Shown in pieces: positions 9,200 through 18,395 of a DNA stretch of 64,000 nucleotides. The DNA comes from Caenibius sp. (GTDB taxonomy: Bacteria > Pseudomonadota > Alphaproteobacteria > Sphingomonadales > Sphingomonadaceae), in the NCBI GenBank assembly GCA_030830695.1, contig JAURML010000026.1, positions 20,372-84,371 of the forward strand, read 5' to 3'. A program made the position numbers and the translations under genes. Within the stretch, counting starts at the first letter, position 1, and each line of letters begins with the position of its first letter. Under the pieces are notes generated by a model. It had not been told where the DNA came from, ran no database searches, and worked only from the letters and a program-made list of their open reading frames with translations.

Positions 9200-10177
9200 C
9201 TAGGCGTAGAAACGGGCGTATTGCTCGCGGTAGGCGATGATCGGGCCATCGCCTTCGACCAGCAAAGGCTTGGGCTTGTAGACCTTGGCGTTCCAGATCG
9301 GGATGTCCTGCTCGATCTGCTTGGCCAGATCGCGCATGCGGGCCTTGGTCACGCGCATCTTGCCTTCGCTGATGCCTGCAGGGTGATAGAGCTGCCAGCG
9401 CACTTGTGTGGTTTCGGAATCGATCGGCGTGCATTCCTGGGCAAGCAGCACGTTGGTAACGTCGGTGAACTCCACCAGAGTTTGCCCCGGGCCGACGGCA
9501 AGGTTGTCGATCTTGCCATGCATCGGGCCGCGAGGCGTGTTCATCTCGGCCTCGACGACATTGCGGCGCACCCAGCCATCGATCTTGAATTCGGCCGAGG
9601 GAGCGCCCGGCACGCCGTGGACCGAAGCAAAGTGAGCATGGTCCTGACTGTTCTCGGTGATTTCCTGGATATGGACCTTGATCGTCCATTCGCGGGTTTC
9701 CGAAAGAACCCAAGTGCCCCCTTCGGGAGCCTTGCCGATGCGCTCAACTTCCCACTTTGGCGCGTCGCCATCGGGGTGGAACCAAACATAGACCACGCCA
9801 TCCGCTTCGGTCACCGGCCACTTCTTGGTGCAGCCCTTCTTCAAACGCGGCGGGATCACCTTGGTATAGGGAATCGCGGTAACCCCCCCTTCGCCATTGA
9901 AGCTCCAATGGTGATAGGGGCAGCGCAAATCATTGCGGACCACTTCGCTGTGCACGCCCAGGTGGGCACCCAGGTGCGGGCAAATCGGATCGATCGCGCG
10001 AACCTCACCATCCTGTCCTCGCCAAGCAACGAATTCCGTTCCGAAATAGTGGAGCGTGCGGATTTCGCACTCCGCCAGTTCATCGCTCAAGGCGACCGCG
10101 AACCATCCGAATGGTATCGGAAGTTCAGCAAAACCCCGCTCCAGTGCAGCCCCCGGTTCCATCACTCGCTCCAGCAT
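9200..10177 (-). CDS. Rieske [2Fe-2S] non-heme-iron oxygenase, alpha-only (KshA-like class)
   Basis: Rieske motif 'CPHLGAHLG..(17)..CPYHHW'. Mononuclear Fe motif 'ENSQDHAHFASVH' (E-x3-D-x2-H-x4-H). 325 aa. Confidence 0.85.
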   Translation of the reverse strand: MLERVMEPGAALERGFAELPIPFGWFAVALSDELAECEIRTLHYFGTEFVAWRGQDGEVRAIDPICPHLGAHLGVHSEVVRNDLRCPYHHWSFNGEGGVTAIPYTKVIPPRLKKGCTKKWPVTEADGVVYVWFHPDGDAPKWEVERIGKAPEGGTWVLSETREWTIKVHIQEITENSQDHAHFASVHGVPGAPSAEFKIDGWVRRNVVEAEMNTPRGPMHGKIDNLAVGPGQTLVEFTDVTNVLLAQECTPIDSETTQVRWQLYHPAGISEGKMRVTKARMRDLAKQIEQDIPIWNAKVYKPKPLLVEGDGPIIAYREQYARFYA

Positions 10178-10329
10178 TATCCATTTCCTCTATAGGAATT
10201 GCGAGCTATGCAGTTAGAAGTGGTTCGTCATTGATGTATGTCAAAAACCGAATCATATTAGGTTACGTCCCGGAGCCTGAGTGGCCACTACGGGCCCGAT
10301 GCAGTAAGGTTACAAGAGTGGAGAGCGAA

Positions 10330-11736
10330 ATGCAGATTAATACGCGAATGCTGATCGATGGAGAACTGGTCGATGGGGCAGACACCCTTGATGTTACCAA
10401 CCCCGCCACTGCCGCACCGTTTATAACGGTCGCTCGCGCCGACGCCGAGCAGCTAGACAAAGCCGTGGCCGCCGCGAAGGCTGCTGCCCCGGCCTGGGCA
10501 GCACTCGGTTGGGAAGCGCGCGGTGCGCTTCTGTCCCGGCTGGCCGATGCGCTGGAAGCACAGCGCGATGAGATGGCCCGCCTTCTGACCACCGAACAAG
10601 GCAAGCCGATCCGTCAGGCCACCGGCGAGGTGATCGGCGCAATCTACCAGCTGCGCTATTACGCCGCCCAGCGCGGCGAGCCCAGGGTGATCAAGGAAAC
10701 CGAAAGCTTCCGCGTGATCGAACACCGCACTCCGCTAGGGGTAGTGGCGGCGATCACCCCGTGGAACTTCCCGCTACTCATGGTGGTGCAGAAGATCGCC
10801 CCTGCCCTAGTTTCCGGCAACACAGTGGTCGCCAAGCCAGCCGCGACTACACCGGTCTGCGCGCTCAAGCTTGCCGAACTGGCAGCGGGGATATTCCCCG
10901 CCGGAGTGCTGAACATCATCGTCGATGCCAACGATCTGGGCGGCGCGCTTTCAGCCCATCCCGATGTGGCCAAGGTAAGCTTCACCGGGTCGACCGCCAC
11001 CGGCCGCCGGGTTATGGCCGCAGGCGCCGATGCGCTGAAGCGAATCACGCTGGAACTTGGCGGCAATGATGCCGCGATCATCCTTGATGATGTCGATGCC
11101 AAGGATATCGCACCCAAGATTTTCAATGGCGCGATGGTCAATGCCGGGCAAGTGTGTCTTGCGATCAAGCGGGTTTATGCGCCAGCCTCTATGTATGATG
11201 AGCTGTGCAGCGAATTGGCCCGCCTCGCTGCCGAAGCTACGGTGGATGATGGCTTCAACCAGGGGGCGCAGGTCGGTCCTGTGCAGAATCGGATGCAGTA
11301 CGAAAAGCTGCTCGATCTGCTTGCTGACAGCGCCGCCAACGGCAAGGTGATTGCCGGCGGGCAGCCAGTTGATCGCGATGGATATTTCATTGCTCCAACG
11401 ATTGTGCGAGATATCGCTGACGATGCCCGTCTGGTTCGGGAAGAGCAGTTTGGACCGATCTTGCCCGTGCTTTCCTATGAAAGCCTGGACGAGGTGGTCT
11501 CCCGCGCCAATGACAGCGAATATGGCCTTGGAGGCACGATCTGGACTAGCGATACCGATCGCGGAATCGAAGTGGCCATGCGGATCGACAGTGGGACTGT
11601 ATGGGTGAACCAGCACCTGAACCTGCCGTTCGATGTGCCATTCGGCGGGTCGAAGCAATCCGGCATCGGTCGCGAAGGCGGGGACGAAGGCATTCAGGCA
11701 TACACCCAGCCGCACATCATCAATGTCGCGCTTTGA
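10330..11736 (+). CDS. NAD(P)+-dependent aldehyde dehydrogenase
   Basis: 'LELGGNDAAII' (catalytic Glu), 'GQVCLAIKRVY' (catalytic Cys), 'EEQFGP'. Start chosen at 'MQINTRMLIDGELV' behind GGAGAG; the ORF-table start at 10111 overlaps the divergent promoter. Confidence 0.9.
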   Translation: MQINTRMLIDGELVDGADTLDVTNPATAAPFITVARADAEQLDKAVAAAKAAAPAWAALGWEARGALLSRLADALEAQRDEMARLLTTEQGKPIRQATGEVIGAIYQLRYYAAQRGEPRVIKETESFRVIEHRTPLGVVAAITPWNFPLLMVVQKIAPALVSGNTVVAKPAATTPVCALKLAELAAGIFPAGVLNIIVDANDLGGALSAHPDVAKVSFTGSTATGRRVMAAGADALKRITLELGGNDAAIILDDVDAKDIAPKIFNGAMVNAGQVCLAIKRVYAPASMYDELCSELARLAAEATVDDGFNQGAQVGPVQNRMQYEKLLDLLADSAANGKVIAGGQPVDRDGYFIAPTIVRDIADDARLVREEQFGPILPVLSYESLDEVVSRANDSEYGLGGTIWTSDTDRGIEVAMRIDSGTVWVNQHLNLPFDVPFGGSKQSGIGREGGDEGIQAYTQPHIINVAL

Positions 11737-11832
11737 ACCCGCAGTGAAGTTTCAATCCAATCCCCAGGTCGGGATAGCTCCCCTGCCCCGGAATCACGCC
11801 AATTCCCGTCAGGTTAATCGACGACCCGGGCG

Positions 11833-13356
11833 GTGGGGGCTCTTTCCGGGGTGACAGGGAGTGTTCTACTTGCTGCCGAAGAGCTTGCTCAACGGGTCCG
11901 CGTAAACCTGCAGGAGGCTGGAAGCAGTCTGGCGATTGCTTTCGATGGCCAGGAATTTGACTGGGAATGGCTGTCGGACAGCGCTGGAAAATTCGATCTA
12001 CTGATCGCTGCGGCTGCCTTGCTGCATCGCACACCCACTGCCTTGATTGCCCGCAACCGTCCCGGCCAGATCGCCATCCTGGCCAGTAACATTGCAGCGC
12101 GGCGCGCCACCCACATGATCCATGCGGCGCAGGCGCCGGCCGTTATCGCGCGCGAAATTGCCGAACTCGGGGTCTCGCTGATCGTTGCAGACGAACAGGA
12201 TTGGCATGACGACCTAATCGCAGTTGCACGGAGCGTGGGTGCGGCGGGCGTGATCATTGGCGCGGATCATGCATTGTCGTTACACCCGATGCTGGCTCGG
12301 GCCCACCCAAGACAAGCAGCAGACTTCGATCCTGAATTGGCTTTCGGCATCCTCAGCAGCGGGACCACCGGCCTACCAAAACGCACGCCCCTCGCCTGGT
12401 CAACCATCGCTGCCGCAGTAGGCGACGCAGCTCGCGCTCACGCCGGATCGGACCAGTCAGGAAGTGCGCAGATTATGTTGCATCCGCTGGGCAATATTGC
12501 CGGAGTCAGCTTTCTCGTCCCAGCTCTGGCGGCGCGCCAGCCTGTGGTTCTGCTGGAGAAATTCACCGTCGAAAGCTGGACCAACGTGGTTCAGCGCTAC
12601 CGACCGGTGCGCTCATCATTGCCCGCAGCGGCCTTGCGGATGGTGCTGGAAGCCGAGGTCGCACCGGCCCGCATCGGAAGCCTCAAGGTGGTCGCGGTGG
12701 GCGGTTCGCGGATCGAACCAGAGCTGAGGGGTGCCTTCGAGGAGCGCTATGGCATTCCTGTGCTGTTGGCCTACGGCGCCACCGAGTTTGGCGGAGTCGT
12801 CGCCAATTGGAGCCTCGATCTTTACGCCCGCTGCGGCGCGGCCAAACGTGAAAGCGTGGGCTTGCCTTCACCCGGGGTAATCTTGAAGATAGTCGATCCC
12901 GAGAGTCGTCATGAGTTGCCCGCAGGCAGCATCGGGATCATCGCCGCGCAGGTGGCGCGGCTAGGTGGACAATGGCTTTACACTAGCGATCTGGGCGCGA
13001 TCGATCAGGATGGCTTCCTGTACCTGCATGGTCGCGCCGATGGAGCGATCAACCGTGGCGGCTTCAAGATCGTACCGGAAACGGTCGAACATGTCTTGCG
13101 CGGCTTCCCGGGGGTTCGCGACGCCGTTGTGGTTGGGCTGCCTGACGAGCGACTGGGCGAAGTCCCCGTTGCCATGGTAGAGCAGGATCCTGCCGGCCCG
13201 CTTCTCGATCGGTCAGATCTGCTGAACCAGCTTAGGTCTCGGCTTACGGCCTATCAAATGCCGGTGAAGCTGGCGGTAGTGGCGCAGTTGCCAAGAACCG
13301 GCACCCTGAAAATCGCGCTGGGCGAAGCGCGCCGACAGCTTGCCGAACTGCCGTAG
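11833..13356 (+). CDS. Class I adenylate-forming enzyme / acyl-CoA synthetase (paralog of 38472..39971)
   Basis: 'LSSGTTGLPKR', 'YGATEFGG', 'DGFLYLHGRADGAINRGGFKI'. The start codon is uncertain (GTG at 11833 or 11851). Confidence 0.8.
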   Translation: MGALSGVTGSVLLAAEELAQRVRVNLQEAGSSLAIAFDGQEFDWEWLSDSAGKFDLLIAAAALLHRTPTALIARNRPGQIAILASNIAARRATHMIHAAQAPAVIAREIAELGVSLIVADEQDWHDDLIAVARSVGAAGVIIGADHALSLHPMLARAHPRQAADFDPELAFGILSSGTTGLPKRTPLAWSTIAAAVGDAARAHAGSDQSGSAQIMLHPLGNIAGVSFLVPALAARQPVVLLEKFTVESWTNVVQRYRPVRSSLPAAALRMVLEAEVAPARIGSLKVVAVGGSRIEPELRGAFEERYGIPVLLAYGATEFGGVVANWSLDLYARCGAAKRESVGLPSPGVILKIVDPESRHELPAGSIGIIAAQVARLGGQWLYTSDLGAIDQDGFLYLHGRADGAINRGGFKIVPETVEHVLRGFPGVRDAVVVGLPDERLGEVPVAMVEQDPAGPLLDRSDLLNQLRSRLTAYQMPVKLAVVAQLPRTGTLKIALGEARRQLAELP

Positions 13357-13373
13357 GGCTCCGTCGACGGGTA

Positions 13374-14213
13374 TTATTCCCGCCCGATTCGGTTGCCGAT
13401 CGCCGTCGTCGTGACAAAGCCCAGTGGCCCAGCGGTATCGTGAATCCTGCAATTGCCCACAGCAATCCCGTGCGATGCCTGGTGGCCGGTGGCTTCGAAG
13501 CCAATCCATTCTCCTTCCGGCTCGCGGTGGATGTGCAAGGTGGCATCGGTGTTGATATAGCCAGGATCACCCCTGGCTGCATGGGCCCAGGGGCTGCCGA
13601 AATCAGCCGCCAGCGCCACCCGGTCCCAGCCGCTCAGGGGCTCGCCAGCGACCAGCAAGAACTTCTCGCGCATCCACATGTGGCGGGGCAACCTTGACCC
13701 CAGCCCGCCGGAAGCATTGCGCCATTCAAATGGCGTCCCACGGTGATTGATCGGCAGAGTTTCGAGGCTTTCAGGATGAGGTGCACCCCAAGCCTCTCCG
13801 CTCCAGCGCGGCGCCTCAGGGCTTTCTCCCTGCCTCAGAAACTGACAAGTCGCGCGGGCATATTCCTCCCCCTCAATCATTAGCACGGCTTCGGCCAGGC
13901 GCAGTCGTCTGCCATCTCGCAGCAACCGGCTTTCAATCCTGACAGGGGCGAACCGGCTGAGTCGCGGCATATCGATCGTCAGGCGTGCCGGCAGCATCCC
14001 GGCTTTGCCAAAGCGCTTGACCAGCACGTGGCCAACCAACCCGACAACCGCCCGGCCATGCAACGAATCTTCCGACCACACCCCCCGTGCTACATCATTC
14101 GGGACGTAGAGATCGTCCTGAAGCGAGAACATCGCCTGCATTGGAATCGGATCCTCCCTCAAAACCGATTCCTCTATAGCAATGGCCCCGTCCAGTCGAT
14201 CAGTGATTGGCAC
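13374..14213 (-). CDS. Thioesterase-like (TesB/4HBT_3-type double hot-dog) protein
   Basis: 279 aa, the size of acyl-CoA thioesterase II-like proteins. Contains a 'SLHGRAVVGLVGHVL' segment. Lies directly downstream of the rubredoxin gene on the same strand. The family call is from weak pattern recognition only. Confidence 0.45.
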   Translation of the reverse strand: MPITDRLDGAIAIEESVLREDPIPMQAMFSLQDDLYVPNDVARGVWSEDSLHGRAVVGLVGHVLVKRFGKAGMLPARLTIDMPRLSRFAPVRIESRLLRDGRRLRLAEAVLMIEGEEYARATCQFLRQGESPEAPRWSGEAWGAPHPESLETLPINHRGTPFEWRNASGGLGSRLPRHMWMREKFLLVAGEPLSGWDRVALAADFGSPWAHAARGDPGYINTDATLHIHREPEGEWIGFEATGHQASHGIAVGNCRIHDTAGPLGFVTTTAIGNRIGRE

Positions 14214-14222
14214 AAGGCGCTA

Positions 14223-14411
14223 TCATTCGATCAGCTCGAAGCCTGACTTTTCCGCGCCGCATTGTGGACAGAACCAGTCGTCTGGCACCTCTTCCCAGCG
14301 CGTGCCGGGAGGAATGCCTTCATCGGGCATGCCCAGTTCCTCATCATAGACCTCACCGCAGAAGCGACAGGCCCACTTGCGGAATGTGCCGCCTGTTCCC
14401 GCCCGGCCCAT
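14223..14411 (-). CDS. Rubredoxin
   Basis: 'CRFCGEVYDEELGMPDEGIPPGTRWEEVPDDWFCPQCGAEK' contains both CxxCG knuckles and the conserved PDDW. Its ATG shares one base with the P450 stop codon (TGATG at 14409..14413). Confidence 0.85.
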   Translation of the reverse strand: MGRAGTGGTFRKWACRFCGEVYDEELGMPDEGIPPGTRWEEVPDDWFCPQCGAEKSGFELIE

Positions 14412-15688
14412 CAGGCCAGCTCAAAACGGATTGGCACGTGCTTGGGCCCGCACACAAAGTTGGAACGGGTGCGCTCAGGCTCGCCGGCGAGCGACACCGC
14501 CTTGATCCGGGGCAGCAGTTCCTCCCAAAACAGCTTCATTTCCATGCGCGCAAGATGCTGACCCAGACACACGTGGCTACCGAAACCAAAGGCGATCTGC
14601 CGGTTCATAGGACGATCGAGTCGAAACGCATGGGGTTCTTCATAAACCGCTTCATCACGTGCAGCGGAATGGAATGAAAGCATGATCCAATCGCCCTTCG
14701 ACACCTTTCGGCCCGCCAGTTCGGTATCGACGGCCGCAGACCGCATGAAGTGCTTGACCGGCACCGTCCAGCGGATCGATTCCTCGATGAAGGCATCGAT
14801 CAGCTCAGGGTTCCTTTGCAACTGCGGCAGCAGCGCCGGATCCTTGGCCAGTGCCCACATGCCACCCGACAGAGTATTGGCGGTGGTGTCGTGCCCCGCC
14901 GTGGCGGCGATCATGTAGTAGCCCATCAGCAGTTTGCGGCTGAGATATTCGCCCTGGTAGGTGGCATTGGCAATCAGGCTGCAGAGGCTGCTGTCGGGAT
15001 TGGCGCGGCGGTCCAGAGTCACCTTGTCGAAGTAGGCTTCGAACTCGGCGTTGATCCGCATCAGCACATCGCGCTGCTGGGCGGCGGAAACTTCGCTGCG
15101 GGTGAGGTTCAGTTCCGGATCCTCGCTAGAAAACAGTTGCTGGGTTACGCTCAGCATGAACGGCTCATCCTCGATGGGAATCCTCAGCAACTGCATGATG
15201 ACCCGCAGAGGATAGAGAAACGCTATTTCCGTCGCGAAGTCACATTCCGGCGCCTTCGCCAGCATCTGGTCAACGAACTGGCGCGACACGTCTCCCAGTC
15301 CTTCGCGCATGGTTTTCAATGCCTTGGGGGTAACATGGGGGAACAGGATCGCCCGCATGGCCTTGTGCACATCGCCATCCAGGGCGACCAGCGCGTGGAC
15401 CCAGTTCGGATCGCCACCAGTCATCGCCATCGTTTGCAGGACCTCTGCGGCCGGCCGCACGGTGTTGGCACGATCGCCCGCGTGAAAAACGTCGGGCTGG
15501 CGTTCAATCTCCACGATTTCAGCGTGCCTGGTGGCGACCCAGAACGGATCGTAGCCGTCGGGCGTGGCCACTTCGAACGGGGAATCTCGGCGGAGGGATG
15601 CGAAAGCTTCGTCGACCGCATCACCTTTTTGGAAGGCTTTGGCATCTACGATAGTGTTCGAAAGTTTCTTTGAAATCGTCATTTGCAA
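14411..15688 (-). CDS. Cytochrome P450 monooxygenase
   Basis: Heme-thiolate loop 'FGFGSHVCLGQHLA', I-helix 'AGHDTT', 'ESIRW' (ExxR). 425 aa. Confidence 0.9.
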   Translation of the reverse strand: MQMTISKKLSNTIVDAKAFQKGDAVDEAFASLRRDSPFEVATPDGYDPFWVATRHAEIVEIERQPDVFHAGDRANTVRPAAEVLQTMAMTGGDPNWVHALVALDGDVHKAMRAILFPHVTPKALKTMREGLGDVSRQFVDQMLAKAPECDFATEIAFLYPLRVIMQLLRIPIEDEPFMLSVTQQLFSSEDPELNLTRSEVSAAQQRDVLMRINAEFEAYFDKVTLDRRANPDSSLCSLIANATYQGEYLSRKLLMGYYMIAATAGHDTTANTLSGGMWALAKDPALLPQLQRNPELIDAFIEESIRWTVPVKHFMRSAAVDTELAGRKVSKGDWIMLSFHSAARDEAVYEEPHAFRLDRPMNRQIAFGFGSHVCLGQHLARMEMKLFWEELLPRIKAVSLAGEPERTRSNFVCGPKHVPIRFELA

Positions 15689-15770
15689 CTCCTTTGCAAC
15701 CAGGCTGCGCTGCCGCGGCTCAATTATTTCGTGACATATCCGTCACTGCTCCGATAAAGTTACAGGAATA

Positions 15771-15789
15771 GCGCCTGTAGTTCATACCG
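15771..15789. promoter_or_regulatory. Candidate operator: inverted repeat TACAGG-N7-CCTGTA in the P450/Rieske divergent region
   Basis: Read from the sequence. A second inverted repeat GTGAC-N6-GTCAC is at 15731..15746. No binding protein is assigned. Confidence 0.2.
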
Positions 15790-15929
15790 AAGCAGACTCA
15801 TCCGATGAGAACGCGTTAGACCAGTTCCCAGCAGTTCAATTTGATCTAGCTCAATGCAACGGTCGGGCAGGATGCAGATTGCAGGTAACAGACAGCACCT
15901 GTCACACTCTATTCGAGGACCAGGCTAAT

Positions 15930-17252
15930 ATGAATGCAACCCGGTCGCCCCAGCCCGCCGCCGCCGAAAACTTCATCCCTGCCGAATGGTACGTTGGTGA
16001 CGGCGTGACCCGGGCCGAGAACAGCAGGCTATGGCCACGCACCTGGCACTGCGCCGGGCGCATCGAAGAGCTAAAGGAAACCGGCGATTATTTCACCTTC
16101 GAGCTGCTTGACGATTCGCTGGTCATTGTACGCATCGGAGACAATGAATTCACCGCACTGCATAATGTGTGCCCTCATCGCGGTCGCCGGTTGAAGGACG
16201 CACCTCGCGGCAATGTCCGCGATGGCCTTTACTGCGGCTATCACGGCTGGGTCATGGACCTTGATGGTTCCGTCAAGTCGGCCCCCAACGCCGAAGACTG
16301 GTGTCCAGGCGAATTGGGCAAGCTGCGAATGTTGAAGGCGCAGCTCGATACATGGGCCGGGTGGATATGGGTCAACCTCGATCCTGCGGCTCCGCCCCTC
16401 AGCGAATACCTTGGTCCGGCGGTCGATATCCTTGCGCCGCTAGGGCTGGAAAAAATGCGCCGCGCCTGGCACGCGACGCTGCGGGCACCGGTCAACTGGA
16501 AGGTGCAGTACCAGGCCTTCAACGAGACCTACCACGCAGGCGCGACTCACGATGGCTTCATCAGCTACAAGAACCTCAGCTCGCAGGCCGTCCTCCACGG
16601 CGATCACGCAGTGTTCTATTCCAAGCGTACCGGCCCTTGTGCACGGCGCGATACTCTGGGCCAATGGCACGAGATTACGGACCTGCGCGAAGAACTGGCT
16701 GCCAATTTCATCCATCAGTACCGCAATCTGCATGCACTGACCCTGGAACCGACATTCCGCGCCGTAAACCGGCTTCTGGAGGAAGTGCCTACCGGAAGTC
16801 CACCCGAACAGGTGCTGGCCGAGCTGTGGCGGCTGCAGCGCGAGGAAACGGAAAAGACCGGAGCTGAATGGCCCGAAGCCCTGACGCCGGAAAACTTCGC
16901 CCGCATGGGCACCGACTGGCAGCTATTCCCTTCGACTCTGGTACTCCCGTCGGTCGACGGGGCGCTGTGGTATCGCATCCTGCCGTCAGCCGACGGCCGC
17001 TCGTGCCTCCATGATATCTGGGCGCTGGGCCGCTTTGCCCCTGGCGAAGAACCTGAAATCGAAGATCTCTATTTCGACAGCTTCGAGGACTTCAAAGGGG
17101 TCAACCCATTCCTTGAGGAAGACTTCGCGAACCTCATCGCAGTGGACAAGGGCATGCGCAGCCGCGGATGGGCAGGCGCCGTCCTCAATCCCCGTCAGGA
17201 GCCTCAGCAGCTTTCGATGATGCAGGCGATCCAACGATACATCAGCGAATAG
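15930..17252 (+). CDS. Rieske non-heme-iron oxygenase alpha subunit (paralog of 40184..41515)
   Basis: 'CPHRGRRL..CGYHGW' and Fe motif 'FNETYHAGATH'. The C-terminal block 'LPSVDGALWYRI..EEDFANL..VDKGMRSRG' is shared with 40184..41515. Start set at 'MNATRS'. Confidence 0.85.
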   Translation: MNATRSPQPAAAENFIPAEWYVGDGVTRAENSRLWPRTWHCAGRIEELKETGDYFTFELLDDSLVIVRIGDNEFTALHNVCPHRGRRLKDAPRGNVRDGLYCGYHGWVMDLDGSVKSAPNAEDWCPGELGKLRMLKAQLDTWAGWIWVNLDPAAPPLSEYLGPAVDILAPLGLEKMRRAWHATLRAPVNWKVQYQAFNETYHAGATHDGFISYKNLSSQAVLHGDHAVFYSKRTGPCARRDTLGQWHEITDLREELAANFIHQYRNLHALTLEPTFRAVNRLLEEVPTGSPPEQVLAELWRLQREETEKTGAEWPEALTPENFARMGTDWQLFPSTLVLPSVDGALWYRILPSADGRSCLHDIWALGRFAPGEEPEIEDLYFDSFEDFKGVNPFLEEDFANLIAVDKGMRSRGWAGAVLNPRQEPQQLSMMQAIQRYISE

Positions 17253-17406
17253 TTGGATATCTGGCGGCTTGGTGTTGATAGATGACAGAAAGCAACTCTG
17301 CAAAGCAGCTCTGGAATGGTTGCGAAATTGGAGTGATATTCAAATACAGGAATTGCACTGACAACGACCCCCAGCTAGGACACATCGCACAAGCGGAAGG
17401 ATCGTC

Positions 17407-18279
17407 ATGGCAAACCTCAAGGGCAAAACGGCTTTCATCACTGGCGCTAGCCGCGGCATCGGCCTTTCGATCGCGCGCCGCTTTGCCGCCGACGGTGCCA
17501 ATGTGGTGATCGCCGCCAAGTCGACCGAACCGCACCGCTACCTGCCCGGCACGATCTATACCGCCGCCGATGAAGTGCGCGAACTAGGCGGCAATGCGCT
17601 GCCGCTGGTGCTCGACGTGCGCAGCGAGGATGCGATTCGCGATGCCGTTGCCGCCGCGGCCGATCACTTCGGCGGGATCGACATCTGTGTGAACAACGCA
17701 TCGGCCGTATCGCTCAGCCAGATCGGCGAGACCACGGCCAAGCAGTACGACCTGATGCATCAGATCAACGGCCGGGCGACCTTCCTGGTTTCGGCCGCCT
17801 GCCTGCCCTATCTGCGCAAGGCGGAAAACCCGCATATCCTGAACCTCGCTCCGCCACTGACCATGGACCCGGCCTATTTCGCCGGCCATGTGGCCTACAC
17901 GATGACCAAGTTCACCATGTCGATGTGCGTGTTGGGCATGGCGGAAGAGCTGAAGGAAGACGGGATCGCGGTGAACGCGCTATGGCCGCGCTTCGGGGTT
18001 GCCACCGCAGCGATCGAACATGCCTTCGCCGACAAGAGCGAACTGCGGCGGTGCCGCAAACCGGAAATCATGGGCGATGCCGCCCACGCAGTGGTGACTC
18101 GCCCGGCGCGCGAATGCACCGGCAATTTTTTCATCGACGATATCATCCTGCATCAGACGGGAACGCGCGATTTCGACCAGTACCGCGTCGATCCGAGCAA
18201 GCCTTCGCGCATTGGCCTTTGGGTGCCCGAAGGTCTGGCACCGCCGCCGGAAGTCGACGTGAAGGGCGCGTATCGCTAA
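17407..18279 (+). CDS. SDR family oxidoreductase, HSDL2-like
   Basis: 'KTAFITGASRGIGLSIARRFAADGANVVIAAKSTEPHRYLPGTIYTAADEV' closely resembles my recollection of the HSDL2 N-terminus. RBS GGAAGG upstream. Confidence 0.85.
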   Translation: MANLKGKTAFITGASRGIGLSIARRFAADGANVVIAAKSTEPHRYLPGTIYTAADEVRELGGNALPLVLDVRSEDAIRDAVAAAADHFGGIDICVNNASAVSLSQIGETTAKQYDLMHQINGRATFLVSAACLPYLRKAENPHILNLAPPLTMDPAYFAGHVAYTMTKFTMSMCVLGMAEELKEDGIAVNALWPRFGVATAAIEHAFADKSELRRCRKPEIMGDAAHAVVTRPARECTGNFFIDDIILHQTGTRDFDQYRVDPSKPSRIGLWVPEGLAPPPEVDVKGAYR

Positions 18280-18395
18280 CTGGCCCGCAACGAAGGAGAT
18301 CAGTGACCGTGGAACAATAGCAACGATATGCACAACGCCGTTTCAAATTACAGCTCGCGCCGGAACATTTGCCGGGCATCGGTTGTGGCGGACCA

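Noticed and set aside
9200-10177. Naming this gene kshA (3-ketosteroid 9-alpha-hydroxylase)
   Set aside because: The motifs fit the KshA-like class, but the protein (325 aa) is clearly shorter than the characterised KshA proteins I recall. No KshB-type reductase is nearby. Orthology cannot be established without a search.
9194-10195. 333-aa ORF on the plus strand, mirroring the Rieske oxygenase gene
   Set aside because: It is an antisense shadow ORF, typical of high-GC DNA. It is rich in Arg, Gly and Ala with no recognisable motifs, while the minus-strand frame has clear Rieske and Fe motifs. The same reasoning rejects 32731..33960(+), 38400..39737(+), 58122..59180(+), 59609..60967(+), 40073..40978(-), 44187..45101(+), 47502..48272(-) and 62197..63111(-).
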